DNA of 64,000 nt from positions 2,335-66,334 of the forward strand of contig JBBRSQ010000001.1 of the NCBI GenBank assembly GCA_038245255.1. Reading direction: 5' to 3'. This DNA is from Patescibacteria group bacterium. Lineage in GTDB: Bacteria; Patescibacteriota; Patescibacteriia; Patescibacteriales; UBA12465. Under the pieces are notes generated by a model, which saw only the letters and a program-made list of their open reading frames with translations, was not told the DNA's origin and searched no databases. Both the position numbers and the translations under genes were made by a program. The first letter of the stretch is position 1. Every line of letters starts with the position of its first letter. Shown in pieces: positions 10,044 through 19,435 of the stretch.

Positions 10044-11498
10044 TTAAACTTTATATTGTTTTTTAATTAATTTATCATCTTCAACTCTTTTTTCCTCAAT
10101 TACTTCTTTAGCTTTTAATCTTAATTCATCAAGATCAAATTCATTTAACTGCTTTACGCGCTCCTTTAGCCAGACTAAGTTGTTTAGTTCTGGATCTTCT
10201 AAGACATCGCTCAGTAGTACGTCAAGAATGGCGCCAATCTTCGGGCTCGGGGCTATCTTTAAGATTTTAATTATATCATTACCATTAAGTTTTAACATTT
10301 TTACTGATATCGGATCATTTTGTACTTTCTCCATCATGTAGCGAAGATGTCTTAATTTATATGGCATTGCCTTCGGGGTTCCCGACCCTAATCGATCAGC
10401 CACTCTTAAATCAATCAGATCACTCAAATTATCTTTTCCAACTTTTACAATTAAGCGTCTGACCGAAGCTGCCGTTACTTCCCCAACATTATAATAAAAC
10501 ATGTGGTTCTTTACAAGATTGACGACTCTGGTTTGGTCAGCAACGGAAAACTTTAAACGCGTCATTATTTTATCGGTCATTCTCGCACCTAAATGTTCGT
10601 GGTTATAAAATGTAGCAATGTCATTAATAATCTTGCGAGTCTTTGGCTTTCCAACATCATGAAGAAGAGCGGCTAAGCGAACTTGCCAATCTTTATTGGG
10701 ACAACATTTCAAAGCTAATAAGTTGTGTTTAAAAACCGGGTAAACATGGTGTCTATCCTGATTGACACCGACTCCCTGCTCGAGCTCGGGCAAAATATAT
10801 TGTAATAATTTCGTCTCGTGTAAAAGCATTATGCCTTCATAAGCCTCATTAGAAGCTAAAATTTTAATAAGCTCATCACGAATTCTCTCTTTTGAAACAA
10901 ATTTTATACTACCGGCTAACTTTAAAATTGCGCGCTGAGTTTTTGGTTCTAATTCAAAATCAAGTTGGGAGCGAAAACGAATTGCTCGCAACATCCTTAA
11001 GGCATCCTCCTTAAAGCGATCACTAGGTTCACCGACAGCGCGAATAATTTTAGCCTTAATATCTTTCTGACCACCAAATAAATCAATAATTTTTTCAGGC
11101 GCGGTTGGGTCAAGTGCTAGGGCATTAATAGTGAAATCGCGTCGTTCTAGATCCTTATCAAGCTGGGTTTCAAACTGAACAACATCGGGGTGACGGCGGT
11201 CGGAATATCCTTGTTCACTTCGATAAGTAGTAATTTCAACTACATCCTCTAGTTGTCCTTTAATTTCTTTTTCAGTTACCTCAGAACGAACTGGCACTAA
11301 AACTGTTCCAAAAGTATTCTCATATTTTGAGTCAGGAAAAATCTTAGAAATTTGTTCCGGTAAAGCATTGGTAGTAATATCCCAATCTTTTGGTACTTTT
11401 TTCATTAAAATGTCACGCACGCACCCACCAACAATATAGGCCTCGTAGCCCGAGGCCTTAATATCGTTAATAATTTTTTCAATATATTCTGGAATCAT
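10044..11498 (-). CDS. cca: CCA tRNA nucleotidyltransferase/poly(A) polymerase family with HD domain
   Basis: VGGCVRD, DWDITT, RRDFTINA, EDALRMLRA, LLHDVGK. Confidence 0.9.
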   Translation of the reverse strand: MIPEYIEKIINDIKASGYEAYIVGGCVRDILMKKVPKDWDITTNALPEQISKIFPDSKYENTFGTVLVPVRSEVTEKEIKGQLEDVVEITTYRSEQGYSDRRHPDVVQFETQLDKDLERRDFTINALALDPTAPEKIIDLFGGQKDIKAKIIRAVGEPSDRFKEDALRMLRAIRFRSQLDFELEPKTQRAILKLAGSIKFVSKERIRDELIKILASNEAYEGIMLLHETKLLQYILPELEQGVGVNQDRHHVYPVFKHNLLALKCCPNKDWQVRLAALLHDVGKPKTRKIINDIATFYNHEHLGARMTDKIMTRLKFSVADQTRVVNLVKNHMFYYNVGEVTAASVRRLIVKVGKDNLSDLIDLRVADRLGSGTPKAMPYKLRHLRYMMEKVQNDPISVKMLKLNGNDIIKILKIAPSPKIGAILDVLLSDVLEDPELNNLVWLKERVKQLNEFDLDELRLKAKEVIEEKRVEDDKLIKKQYKV

Positions 11499-11645
11499 TT
11501 TATTCTTGCTCTTTCATTACGCTCATTTTAACATCAAAATAAGCGTTTTTTTAAATTTTTTTCTAGTTCTATAACTTTAGAAGTTTCACCTTTAACTGCC
11601 AATATAATTAAACCTAAACAATGTTCAAGACAATTACGTTGTACA

Positions 11646-13409
11646 TTAACACCTAAACGAGACATAATCAAGTATCGGATTTTTTGAGTTTTTCTTTACT
11701 GATAAGATTGACGACTTAGTAGCTTTATACTTGGTATGTAAAACTTGAGCCGATAAATTATTATTTTTTGCCCAGTTGTAATATTCCATCATTTCGATAT
11801 TTTCATGGGCGCGCCTAGTTGTTCGTGTTTTATCAATTGCATATAGTCCTTCTAACCGTTTCTGACGAATGGCTTTAGTAGTCGGAATTGGTTGTCCGCC
11901 ACCACCAAGACAACCGCCCGGGCAAGCCATAACTTCAATGTAATGATATTTATGAATTGTAGGAAGGACTTTAGAAATATTTCCAATTCCATTAACAACC
12001 CCAACTTTTATTTTCTTGCCATCTAAATTTACAACTGCCTCTTTAAATCCGGCCAGTCCTCTAACTTCTTTAAATTCAAGATGACTGTCGCAAGTTTTAT
12101 TTTTGCTGCTCTTGCAAATTAAAGCATTGGCTGATCTTAAAGCTGATTCCATAACGCCGCCCGAAGCACCGTAAATAGCCGCCGCCCCCGAACCATTATT
12201 AAATAATTTCTCAAGTGGCGAATCAGGAAGTTGATTAAAATTTATATTATTTTTCTTTATTAGAAAAGCTAATTCCCTGGTGGTTAAAACGAAGTCAACT
12301 AAAGGTTGACCATTTAATTTCAGTTCACTACGAGCGGCTTCATATTTTTTTGCAGTACAAGGGACTATCGAGACGACAATTATATTCTTGGCCTTAATTT
12401 TTTGTTTTTTGGCCCAATAGGTTTTAATCGCTCCCGCTAAGTGAGTTTGCGGAGAACGCGCCGAAGTTAAATTTGGAATTAATTCCGGATGATAAAATTC
12501 AACATACGCGACCCAAGCAGGACAGCAAGATGTCATCAAGGGAAAAACAGATTTCTTATTCTTTAGTCGTTCAAGCAACTCCTCGGCCTCGGTGATGGTA
12601 GTTATGTCGGCGCCGAAATTTACATCAAAAACATGATTAAAACCGATTTTTTTTAAAGCTGTCACTATTTTCCCTTCACAATTAGTTCCATATGGCATAG
12701 AAAATTCTTCCCCGAGTGAAACTCTTACCGAAGGAGCAAATTGCGCAACAACTACTTTATTTTTATTTTTTAATAATAACTCAACTTGCGCCCAAGCCAT
12801 TTGTTCTTGCGCCGCCGCGACTGGGCAATGAAGTGTGCATTGGCCGCAGTAAATGCAAGCCGTATCTTTATCTAAAACTGGAACTACTTCTTGATTTATG
12901 CCGACCCCATCCATTTTTAAATAGTTTATTTTCTGCACTTCGCTGCATGCGTTGATACAATTTTTACAATCAATACACTGCGACCCGTCAATCTCAACCG
13001 CATTGGCAAATTTATATGTCTTTCGTTTAACTTTTCGATTTTTAAAATGTTTAATATCAACTTTATATTTAGCGGCCAATTTTAATAGCTCGCAATTATA
13101 ACGTAGAGTGCAAGTCGCACATTTTAGTACATGCTGGCCAAATAATAATTCTAGATTAACCTTTCGAGCTTTTTTAACTCGAGGGCTTTCAGTTAAAATA
13201 TCCATCCCGTTTTCAGCTATAGTTGAACAAGCCGTAAATAAATTATCGCGCCCTATTATTTCCACTACACAAATACGACAATTTGCTTGCACGCTTAAGT
13301 CGGGATGATGACAAAGGGCTGGCACCTCAAATCCACTTTGAGTAGCCACGTCTAAAATAGATTGCCCTTGCTTAAAATTTATTTTTTTGCCGTTAATTTT
13401 CAGACTCAT
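11646..13409 (-). CDS. hydA: [FeFe]-hydrogenase group A catalytic subunit with N-terminal 2Fe-2S, His-ligated 4Fe-4S and two 4Fe-4S clusters
   Basis: H-cluster motifs TSCCPAW, PCTAKKYE, EVMACPGGCLGGGGQP; CIDCKNC/CIYCGQC; HxxxCxxC. Confidence 0.93.
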   Translation of the reverse strand: MSLKINGKKINFKQGQSILDVATQSGFEVPALCHHPDLSVQANCRICVVEIIGRDNLFTACSTIAENGMDILTESPRVKKARKVNLELLFGQHVLKCATCTLRYNCELLKLAAKYKVDIKHFKNRKVKRKTYKFANAVEIDGSQCIDCKNCINACSEVQKINYLKMDGVGINQEVVPVLDKDTACIYCGQCTLHCPVAAAQEQMAWAQVELLLKNKNKVVVAQFAPSVRVSLGEEFSMPYGTNCEGKIVTALKKIGFNHVFDVNFGADITTITEAEELLERLKNKKSVFPLMTSCCPAWVAYVEFYHPELIPNLTSARSPQTHLAGAIKTYWAKKQKIKAKNIIVVSIVPCTAKKYEAARSELKLNGQPLVDFVLTTRELAFLIKKNNINFNQLPDSPLEKLFNNGSGAAAIYGASGGVMESALRSANALICKSSKNKTCDSHLEFKEVRGLAGFKEAVVNLDGKKIKVGVVNGIGNISKVLPTIHKYHYIEVMACPGGCLGGGGQPIPTTKAIRQKRLEGLYAIDKTRTTRRAHENIEMMEYYNWAKNNNLSAQVLHTKYKATKSSILSVKKNSKNPILDYVSFRC

Positions 13410-13448
13410 GATTTCGTTTTTACTTAATTTAACTTAATTTTAATTAAT

Positions 13449-14486
13449 CTATTTTTTCAAAATCGACAAGATATTTAGATAATAGCTTCTTATTGGAACA
13501 GGCAAGGAGCGTCCTAGCCCACAAAAACTAGCTTCCTCTAACACTGAAATTAAATCCCAAAAAGTTTCAAAATCTATTTCTTTTTGATTACTTAATTCCC
13601 AGAGGCGGTGAGTTCCCTCACGACAGCTAGTACAATTTCCACAACTCTCATTACGATAAAAATTAAGCCAGTATTTGATTAATTTATTCTTGTCGGTTTT
13701 TTTTAAATCATATACCATAATCGACCCTGCGCCCTCAACGGGACGATCGAGTTGGTCAGAGCGCAAAACTTCGCCGGCGGCCTCACCGCCAATTTGAACA
13801 AAATATTCAAAGCTAGGAATATTATTTGTTTTCTTTAAAACTTCACTAATCGTCATTTCATCTGAATATAAATAGACGCCCCGATGTTTTACATCACCAT
13901 TAACTGTATAGAAACGTTCACCATTGAATTTATTCCTCTCAACTCGGCTAACATTATAAAATGTTTCAGTGTTATTAATGAGGGTGGGCATATTAAATAA
14001 GCCTGAGCTGGCTGGATACGGCGGTTTTAAACGGGGCTCGACTTTCTTACCTTCAATTAAATTTATTAAGGCGGATTCTTCGCCGGAAATGTAGGATAAT
14101 TTTTCTGATTTAATCGTGAAAATTATTTTGCTTTCAATTCTTGAATATTTTTTTAAACTTAATATGCTCTTTAAACCGGCAGCATATTTTTTATAATATT
14201 CATGATTTAGAAAAAAATATATATTTTTAATTTTCTTATCTCCTAAAAATTCATTAGCTAAAAAAACTCCATTTATCAATTCTTCTCCGTAGTGGCTCAA
14301 AATAAAACCATCCTTTTTTACGCCAGGCTCGCCTTCGGCACCATTAATGATAATATAAGCGAACTTTTTTTCTTTTAGGGAATCTTTGACAGCCTGCCAT
14401 TTTTTAGCAACCGAAAAGCCGCCACCACCGCGACCTACTAAACCTGCGTTTTCAATTTTGTTTATAAGACTGATATTTTTTGACAT
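13449..14486 (-). CDS. NuoF/HydB-like flavin/NADH-binding subunit (minimal, divergent)
   Basis: GRGGGGF..KW, EGEPG, YISGEESAL, NNTET, ESCGNCTSCREG...SFCGLG. Confidence 0.85.
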   Translation of the reverse strand: MSKNISLINKIENAGLVGRGGGGFSVAKKWQAVKDSLKEKKFAYIIINGAEGEPGVKKDGFILSHYGEELINGVFLANEFLGDKKIKNIYFFLNHEYYKKYAAGLKSILSLKKYSRIESKIIFTIKSEKLSYISGEESALINLIEGKKVEPRLKPPYPASSGLFNMPTLINNTETFYNVSRVERNKFNGERFYTVNGDVKHRGVYLYSDEMTISEVLKKTNNIPSFEYFVQIGGEAAGEVLRSDQLDRPVEGAGSIMVYDLKKTDKNKLIKYWLNFYRNESCGNCTSCREGTHRLWELSNQKEIDFETFWDLISVLEEASFCGLGRSLPVPIRSYYLNILSILKK

Positions 14487-14495
14487 CTAGACGAA

Positions 14496-14930
14496 CTAAT
14501 ATATTTTTTTAGCAAGAAAATTATTAATCATTAACTCAGTTCCTTCAAATAATGGACTTGGTAAATTGTTCAATGAAAAATAAGTCCACTCCAGGCATTT
14601 ATCCGGTTCCATTAATTCTAAAATTCCGGAGACAGTATTTGCTTTTACCCCGATATTCAAGTAGTGCTTTCCGTCTGTTTTAATATATCTCATTTCATCG
14701 GCCACGGAAATAAGTTCAAGATCGGAAATATCTAAGTTAGTTTCTTCCTTAACTTCGCGAATGGCAGTTTCAAGTATCGTTTCCCCAAATTCTAAATGAC
14801 CTCCCGGAAAACTCCACTCACCACTACCATGAGAGCCCTGGCGCAGACCTAAAAGGAGTTCTTTATTTTTATTAAGAACCATGACGCCAATTCCTATTTT
14901 TGGATATTTTTTTTCAATTTTAGTTTCCAT
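14496..14930 (-). CDS. NUDIX hydrolase (NUDT15/MutT-like)
   Basis: Nudix box PGGHLEFGETILETAIREVKEETNL; MEPDKC. Confidence 0.9.
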   Translation of the reverse strand: METKIEKKYPKIGIGVMVLNKNKELLLGLRQGSHGSGEWSFPGGHLEFGETILETAIREVKEETNLDISDLELISVADEMRYIKTDGKHYLNIGVKANTVSGILELMEPDKCLEWTYFSLNNLPSPLFEGTELMINNFLAKKIY

Positions 14931-14939
14931 TTCTTTTTT

Positions 14940-15671
14940 TTATCTCGCTGTCCAGCCACCATCAACGTGCAAAACCGTGCCGGTAATGTATTTTGAATCA
15001 TCACTGGCTAAATATAAAGCCGCATTTGCGATGTCGAGGGCTTCACCAGCATAACCAAGAGGGGTACTTGTTTCAACCATTGATTTAAAATTCGGGTCAT
15101 TTAAAATATCCTTAGTCATGTTTGTTTTAATAAAAGCGGGCGCGATTGCGTTTACTCTTATTCCCGCGGCAGCCAAATCAAGAGCAGAAGCATGAGTTAA
15201 TTGAACGACTCCACCTTTACTCGCGCAATACGCCAGCGCTCCTTGTAATCCAACTGTACCTAAAATAGAACTCATATTAATTATGGCTCCCTTTATGTTT
15301 TCTTTTTTCATTTCCTTGGCAGCCGCACGGACGCCATAAAATACACCCGATAAATTAACACCAATTGTTTTATCCCAGGATTCATCGGTAACATCAGTAA
15401 TGCCACCCAGCGAGCCGATACCGGCATTGTTTATCATAATGTCTAGTCTACCAAATTTATCAACGGCCGATTTAACGAGCATATCTACTTCACTAGATTT
15501 AGAAACATCACATTTTACAAACATCGCTTTAGCTGAATCAAGTTTTAGCTCCCCTTCACTTAAATCCGCATAAATTACCTTTGCCCCTTCAGACACAAAT
15601 AAATCAGCAATTGCTAAGCCAAGGCCAGAAGCTGCACCAGTTACAACCGCAACCTTATTTTCTAATTTCAT
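14940..15671 (-). CDS. Short-chain dehydrogenase/reductase
   Basis: TGAASGLG, NNAG, YCASK, VDGG. Confidence 0.93.
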   Translation of the reverse strand: MKLENKVAVVTGAASGLGLAIADLFVSEGAKVIYADLSEGELKLDSAKAMFVKCDVSKSSEVDMLVKSAVDKFGRLDIMINNAGIGSLGGITDVTDESWDKTIGVNLSGVFYGVRAAAKEMKKENIKGAIINMSSILGTVGLQGALAYCASKGGVVQLTHASALDLAAAGIRVNAIAPAFIKTNMTKDILNDPNFKSMVETSTPLGYAGEALDIANAALYLASDDSKYITGTVLHVDGGWTAR

Positions 15672-15682
15672 ATATTATATAA

Positions 15683-16696
15683 TTAATTAATAAACTTTTT
15701 TAAATGATCAGCTAACTCAACAAAACGATTTGAGTATCCCCATTCATTGTCATACCAAGCAACGACTTTTAGTAAGTCGCCATCAACTAGTTTAGTTGTT
15801 AAAAGATCAACCACTGAACTATAAGGACTACCGACAATGTCGGTTGAAACTAGCTCTTCATTTGATGCTTCAATAATTCCTTTCATTTTTCCTTTGGCCG
15901 CTTTAATAAAAGCATTATTAACATCGGTAACGGTTGTCTTTTTACCCAAAAGATAAACAGTATCGCAAAGCGAGGCGACTGGGGTAGGAACTCGGACCGC
16001 TAAGCCATCAAATTTATTTTTTAGAGATGGAATTGTTTCCGTTACTGAAATCGCCGCGCCTGTCGTTGTTGGTATTATATTGAGAGCGGCCGCGCGCGCA
16101 CGACGTAAGTCTTTATGCGGCCCGTCAACTAAGTTTTGATCGGCAGTATAGGAATGAATTGTCGTCATTATTGCTTTTTTAATGCCAAAATTCTCTTTAA
16201 TGACAGCTGTTGTTGGCGCTAAGCAATTTGTTGTACACGAGGCACACGAAATAATATTATCTGATTTTAATAATTTATTTTCGTTCACTCCTAAAACGAT
16301 TGTTTTTACACCACCTTTTTTAGCTGGCGCCGAGAGAATAACCTTTTTAGCTCCCGCTTTAAGATGTAAATTTAGATCTTCCTTGTTTGTGAATCTGCCC
16401 GTGCATTCTAGCACAACGTCAACTTTTAAGGCTCCCCAGGGCAATAAGCTCGGATCCTTAAGGGCGAGAACGGGTATTTTATGTCCATCAACCAAAATTG
16501 CATCTTTAGTTGAACTTATTTTTTTGCTATATTTACCATAACAAGAATCATATTGCATTAAGTGAGCCAGGGTTCCTGGATCAGTTAAATCATTGATGGC
16601 AACAATTTCCATGTTTGGAAAACGATTTAGTATAATCTTCGCGGCTGCTCGGCCAATACGACCAAAACCATTGATCGCAATCTTCATTTTTTTCAT
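15683..16696 (-). CDS. gap: Glyceraldehyde-3-phosphate dehydrogenase type I
   Basis: INGFGRIGR, ASCTTNCLAP, WYDNEWGY. Confidence 0.98.
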   Translation of the reverse strand: MKKMKIAINGFGRIGRAAAKIILNRFPNMEIVAINDLTDPGTLAHLMQYDSCYGKYSKKISSTKDAILVDGHKIPVLALKDPSLLPWGALKVDVVLECTGRFTNKEDLNLHLKAGAKKVILSAPAKKGGVKTIVLGVNENKLLKSDNIISCASCTTNCLAPTTAVIKENFGIKKAIMTTIHSYTADQNLVDGPHKDLRRARAAALNIIPTTTGAAISVTETIPSLKNKFDGLAVRVPTPVASLCDTVYLLGKKTTVTDVNNAFIKAAKGKMKGIIEASNEELVSTDIVGSPYSSVVDLLTTKLVDGDLLKVVAWYDNEWGYSNRFVELADHLKKFIN

Positions 16697-16758
16697 ATTT
16701 ATGACGATAAATTATTTTTTAGACATATATATTATAACATATTTTTAAAAATATTAAA

Positions 16759-16787
16759 AAAACACGCCTTGGTTAAAAGCGTGTTTT
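16759..16787 (-). terminator. Terminator after ricT-like gene
   Basis: AAAACACGC / GCGTGTTTT. Confidence 0.65.
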
Positions 16788-16827
16788 AGGTGAAGATTTT
16801 TTTATTAGTATTTTTAATTATCTATGG

Positions 16828-17640
16828 CTATTTCTTCTGATGACGATTAATATCAACTTGGATTATTACATCGCGCTCCCCTTCTTTATTGGCATTTATC
16901 TTAACATCAACTGTTTGCTTTAAAATATGATGTGCGGTGACGACGCCCCTAGTGCCGTCAACATTAACTTTAGTGCCAATCGGAGGTAATTTTCCGGCCA
17001 TATCTTTATAGCCTTCATATTCATATGACAGGCAGCACATTAAACGCCCACACATTCCTGAAATTCTTTCTGAGCCACGATGAACAACTTGTTGCGCTTC
17101 GGCCATCTCCGAAGTAATGGACGAAAATTCTTTCAAAAATCCGCGACAACATAAAGTTCGTCCGCAGGGACCACAATCGCCGGTTATTTTAGCTTCATCG
17201 CGAGTACCGATTTGTGTCAGTCTAATATTTACACCAAAATGCGCCGCCAAGTCTTTAACAAGCTCACGAAAATCTACTCTTCCGTCAGAAATAAAAGCGA
17301 AATTAATACGATTTCCTTCAAATGAAAAATGCATATCTACTAATTTCATCGGCAACTTATATTTCAAAATCATTTGTCGACAAAATTCCATCGCTTCTTC
17401 TTTTTTTTCGGCAGTCGGTAGTTTCGCAATGTCGTCGTATTCAGCCTTACGAATAATCGGTTTTAATTCGCGTTTGTCATCTTTAATATTAATCTCGTCA
17501 ACTAAAGATAGGAGCTTTCCTAATTCAAGGCCAAGCTCCGTATCAACAATGACAAAATCGCCAACGGCTACATCTGCTTTGCCTAAGGAAAAATTATAAA
17601 TTTTATCCCAAGGAGCAAATTGTACTTGAGCGTATATCAT
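16828..17640 (-). CDS. ricT: PSP1-domain protein RicT/YaaT
   Basis: RVDFRELVKDL, GPCGRTLCC, SGMCGRLMCCLSYE. Confidence 0.9.
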   Translation of the reverse strand: MIYAQVQFAPWDKIYNFSLGKADVAVGDFVIVDTELGLELGKLLSLVDEINIKDDKRELKPIIRKAEYDDIAKLPTAEKKEEAMEFCRQMILKYKLPMKLVDMHFSFEGNRINFAFISDGRVDFRELVKDLAAHFGVNIRLTQIGTRDEAKITGDCGPCGRTLCCRGFLKEFSSITSEMAEAQQVVHRGSERISGMCGRLMCCLSYEYEGYKDMAGKLPPIGTKVNVDGTRGVVTAHHILKQTVDVKINANKEGERDVIIQVDINRHQKK

Positions 17641-17684
17641 GAAAATAATTAACCAAACTGTAAATTTGGTTTATATTAATTTAT

Positions 17685-18479
17685 TTATAATGAGAAGCGA
17701 AAAAATTTAATGACATTAACACCACTTAAAATATCTTTAATTTTTTTCTTATCATCTTTGATGAACTCCTGTTCAACTAAACAAACTTCAGAATAGTATT
17801 TCCCTGATTTTCCTTCTACTATTTTATCAACCATCGCTTCCGGCTTTCCTTCTTTGATTAATTGAGCCTTATATATTTCTCTTTCTTTTTCCATTTCAGT
17901 CGGGTCAACTTCTGAAGATAAAATATATTTTGGATTAGCTGCGGCTACTTGCATCGCTAAATCCATTGCTAATTCTTCTTTTTCCGCTTGATCAAGCGCA
18001 ATCAAAACACCCATTTTTCCGCCTAAATGAGAATATGCAGCTACGGTTGGACCACTTAAAATCTCATATCTTGAAATGCTTAACTTTTCACCGATCGTTC
18101 CACTTAAGCTATCAAGGTCCTCTTGAACGGTTCCACTAACAAGTTTTGCGCTCAAAAGGGCTTCCAGACTTGCTGGTTTAGTGGATTTGATTAATTCCAT
18201 TACAGAATCTGCAAAAGCTTGAAATTTTTCATTTCGGGAAACAAAATCTGTTTCAGAATTAAGTTCTAATATATAGCCTTCATTTTTAGCCTCATTAACG
18301 GCTACTTTAACTATGCCTTCATTAGTATCACGATCTGTTCTCTTAGCAGCTTTAGCAATTCCTTTTTTACGTAAAATCTCGACTGCTTTTTCAAGGTTAT
18401 TGTCAGCTTCTTTAAGAGCCTTTTGACAATCAACCATACCTGCACCTGTCATTTCACGGAGCTTTTTAATTAATTCCAT
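17685..18479 (-). CDS. tsf: Elongation factor Ts
   Basis: LREMTGAGMVDCQKAL, ELNSETDFV. Confidence 0.97.
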   Translation of the reverse strand: MELIKKLREMTGAGMVDCQKALKEADNNLEKAVEILRKKGIAKAAKRTDRDTNEGIVKVAVNEAKNEGYILELNSETDFVSRNEKFQAFADSVMELIKSTKPASLEALLSAKLVSGTVQEDLDSLSGTIGEKLSISRYEILSGPTVAAYSHLGGKMGVLIALDQAEKEELAMDLAMQVAAANPKYILSSEVDPTEMEKEREIYKAQLIKEGKPEAMVDKIVEGKSGKYYSEVCLVEQEFIKDDKKKIKDILSGVNVIKFFRFSL

Positions 18480-18508
18480 ATTTTTAAGGATTAAATTTAA
18501 ATTAACAC

Positions 18509-19204
18509 TTACGCTTTAACACTTTTTTTTGCTTCAAGCAGTGCCTCCTTGATTGTATCTAAAAGAATTTTAATTGTTTTTGTAGAATCATCATTCGCAG
18601 GAATAGCGTAAGTTACTTCTTCTGGATTAACATTAGTATCACAAATTCCAATAATTGGGATGTTTTTTTGTTGAGCTTCTTTAATTGCGGTTTCTTCTTC
18701 TTTAATATCCCAAACAAAAAGAGCGTCTGGCATTTTGTTTAAACTGGTTAAACCACCAACGCGCATTTCTAATTTTTTAATATCGCGATCAAAGTTTAAG
18801 CGTTCTTTCTTTGTATATTTTTCAAGTTTGCCTGTTTCTCTTTTTTCAATTAAGTCTAAATATTTTTTAACTGATTTTTTTACAACTAAAAAATTGGTTA
18901 AATATCCGCCCAACCATTTTCCAACGATATAAGGCTGCGCAACTTCAACGGCCATTTTCTTCAAGGGCTCTGAAACTTGATTTTTAGTGCCCACAAAAAG
19001 AATACTCTTACCTTCGGCAACAAGCTTAACCATAAAGCCTAGCGCTTCTTGAAGTTGATCTTGAGTCTTTTTTAAATCAATAATATAAATGCCGTTTTTT
19101 GAAGTAAAGATAAATTGCTTCATCTTCGGGTGCCAACGATTTGTTCGATGACCAAAGTGCATACCGGCTTTTAACATGTCTTCTAGTTTTGGAACTTTTA
19201 CCAT
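18509..19204 (-). CDS. rpsB: 30S ribosomal protein S2 (start probably 19204)
   Basis: AGMHFGH, WHPKM, FVGTK, DTNVNP, IPANDD. Confidence 0.97.
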   Translation of the reverse strand: MVKVPKLEDMLKAGMHFGHRTNRWHPKMKQFIFTSKNGIYIIDLKKTQDQLQEALGFMVKLVAEGKSILFVGTKNQVSEPLKKMAVEVAQPYIVGKWLGGYLTNFLVVKKSVKKYLDLIEKRETGKLEKYTKKERLNFDRDIKKLEMRVGGLTSLNKMPDALFVWDIKEEETAIKEAQQKNIPIIGICDTNVNPEEVTYAIPANDDSTKTIKILLDTIKEALLEAKKSVKA

Positions 19205-19435
19205 ATTTTTTTCTTTTAACGTCTGCCTACTCAAATATAATATTTATTATTATACAAGAAAATGATTGTAAGCATGATAATTTATTAAATAAAAAGAGGT
19301 AGCTTCTAGAGGCTAATCTCTGTTACTAAGATATATTAAAATAGCTGAGTTGTCAAGCAGAAATGGCTTTAAAAGCAATAAATATTGACATTATACTTTA
19401 AAAATGGCGAGCTTCATAAAAAAACCGGCTTGAGC

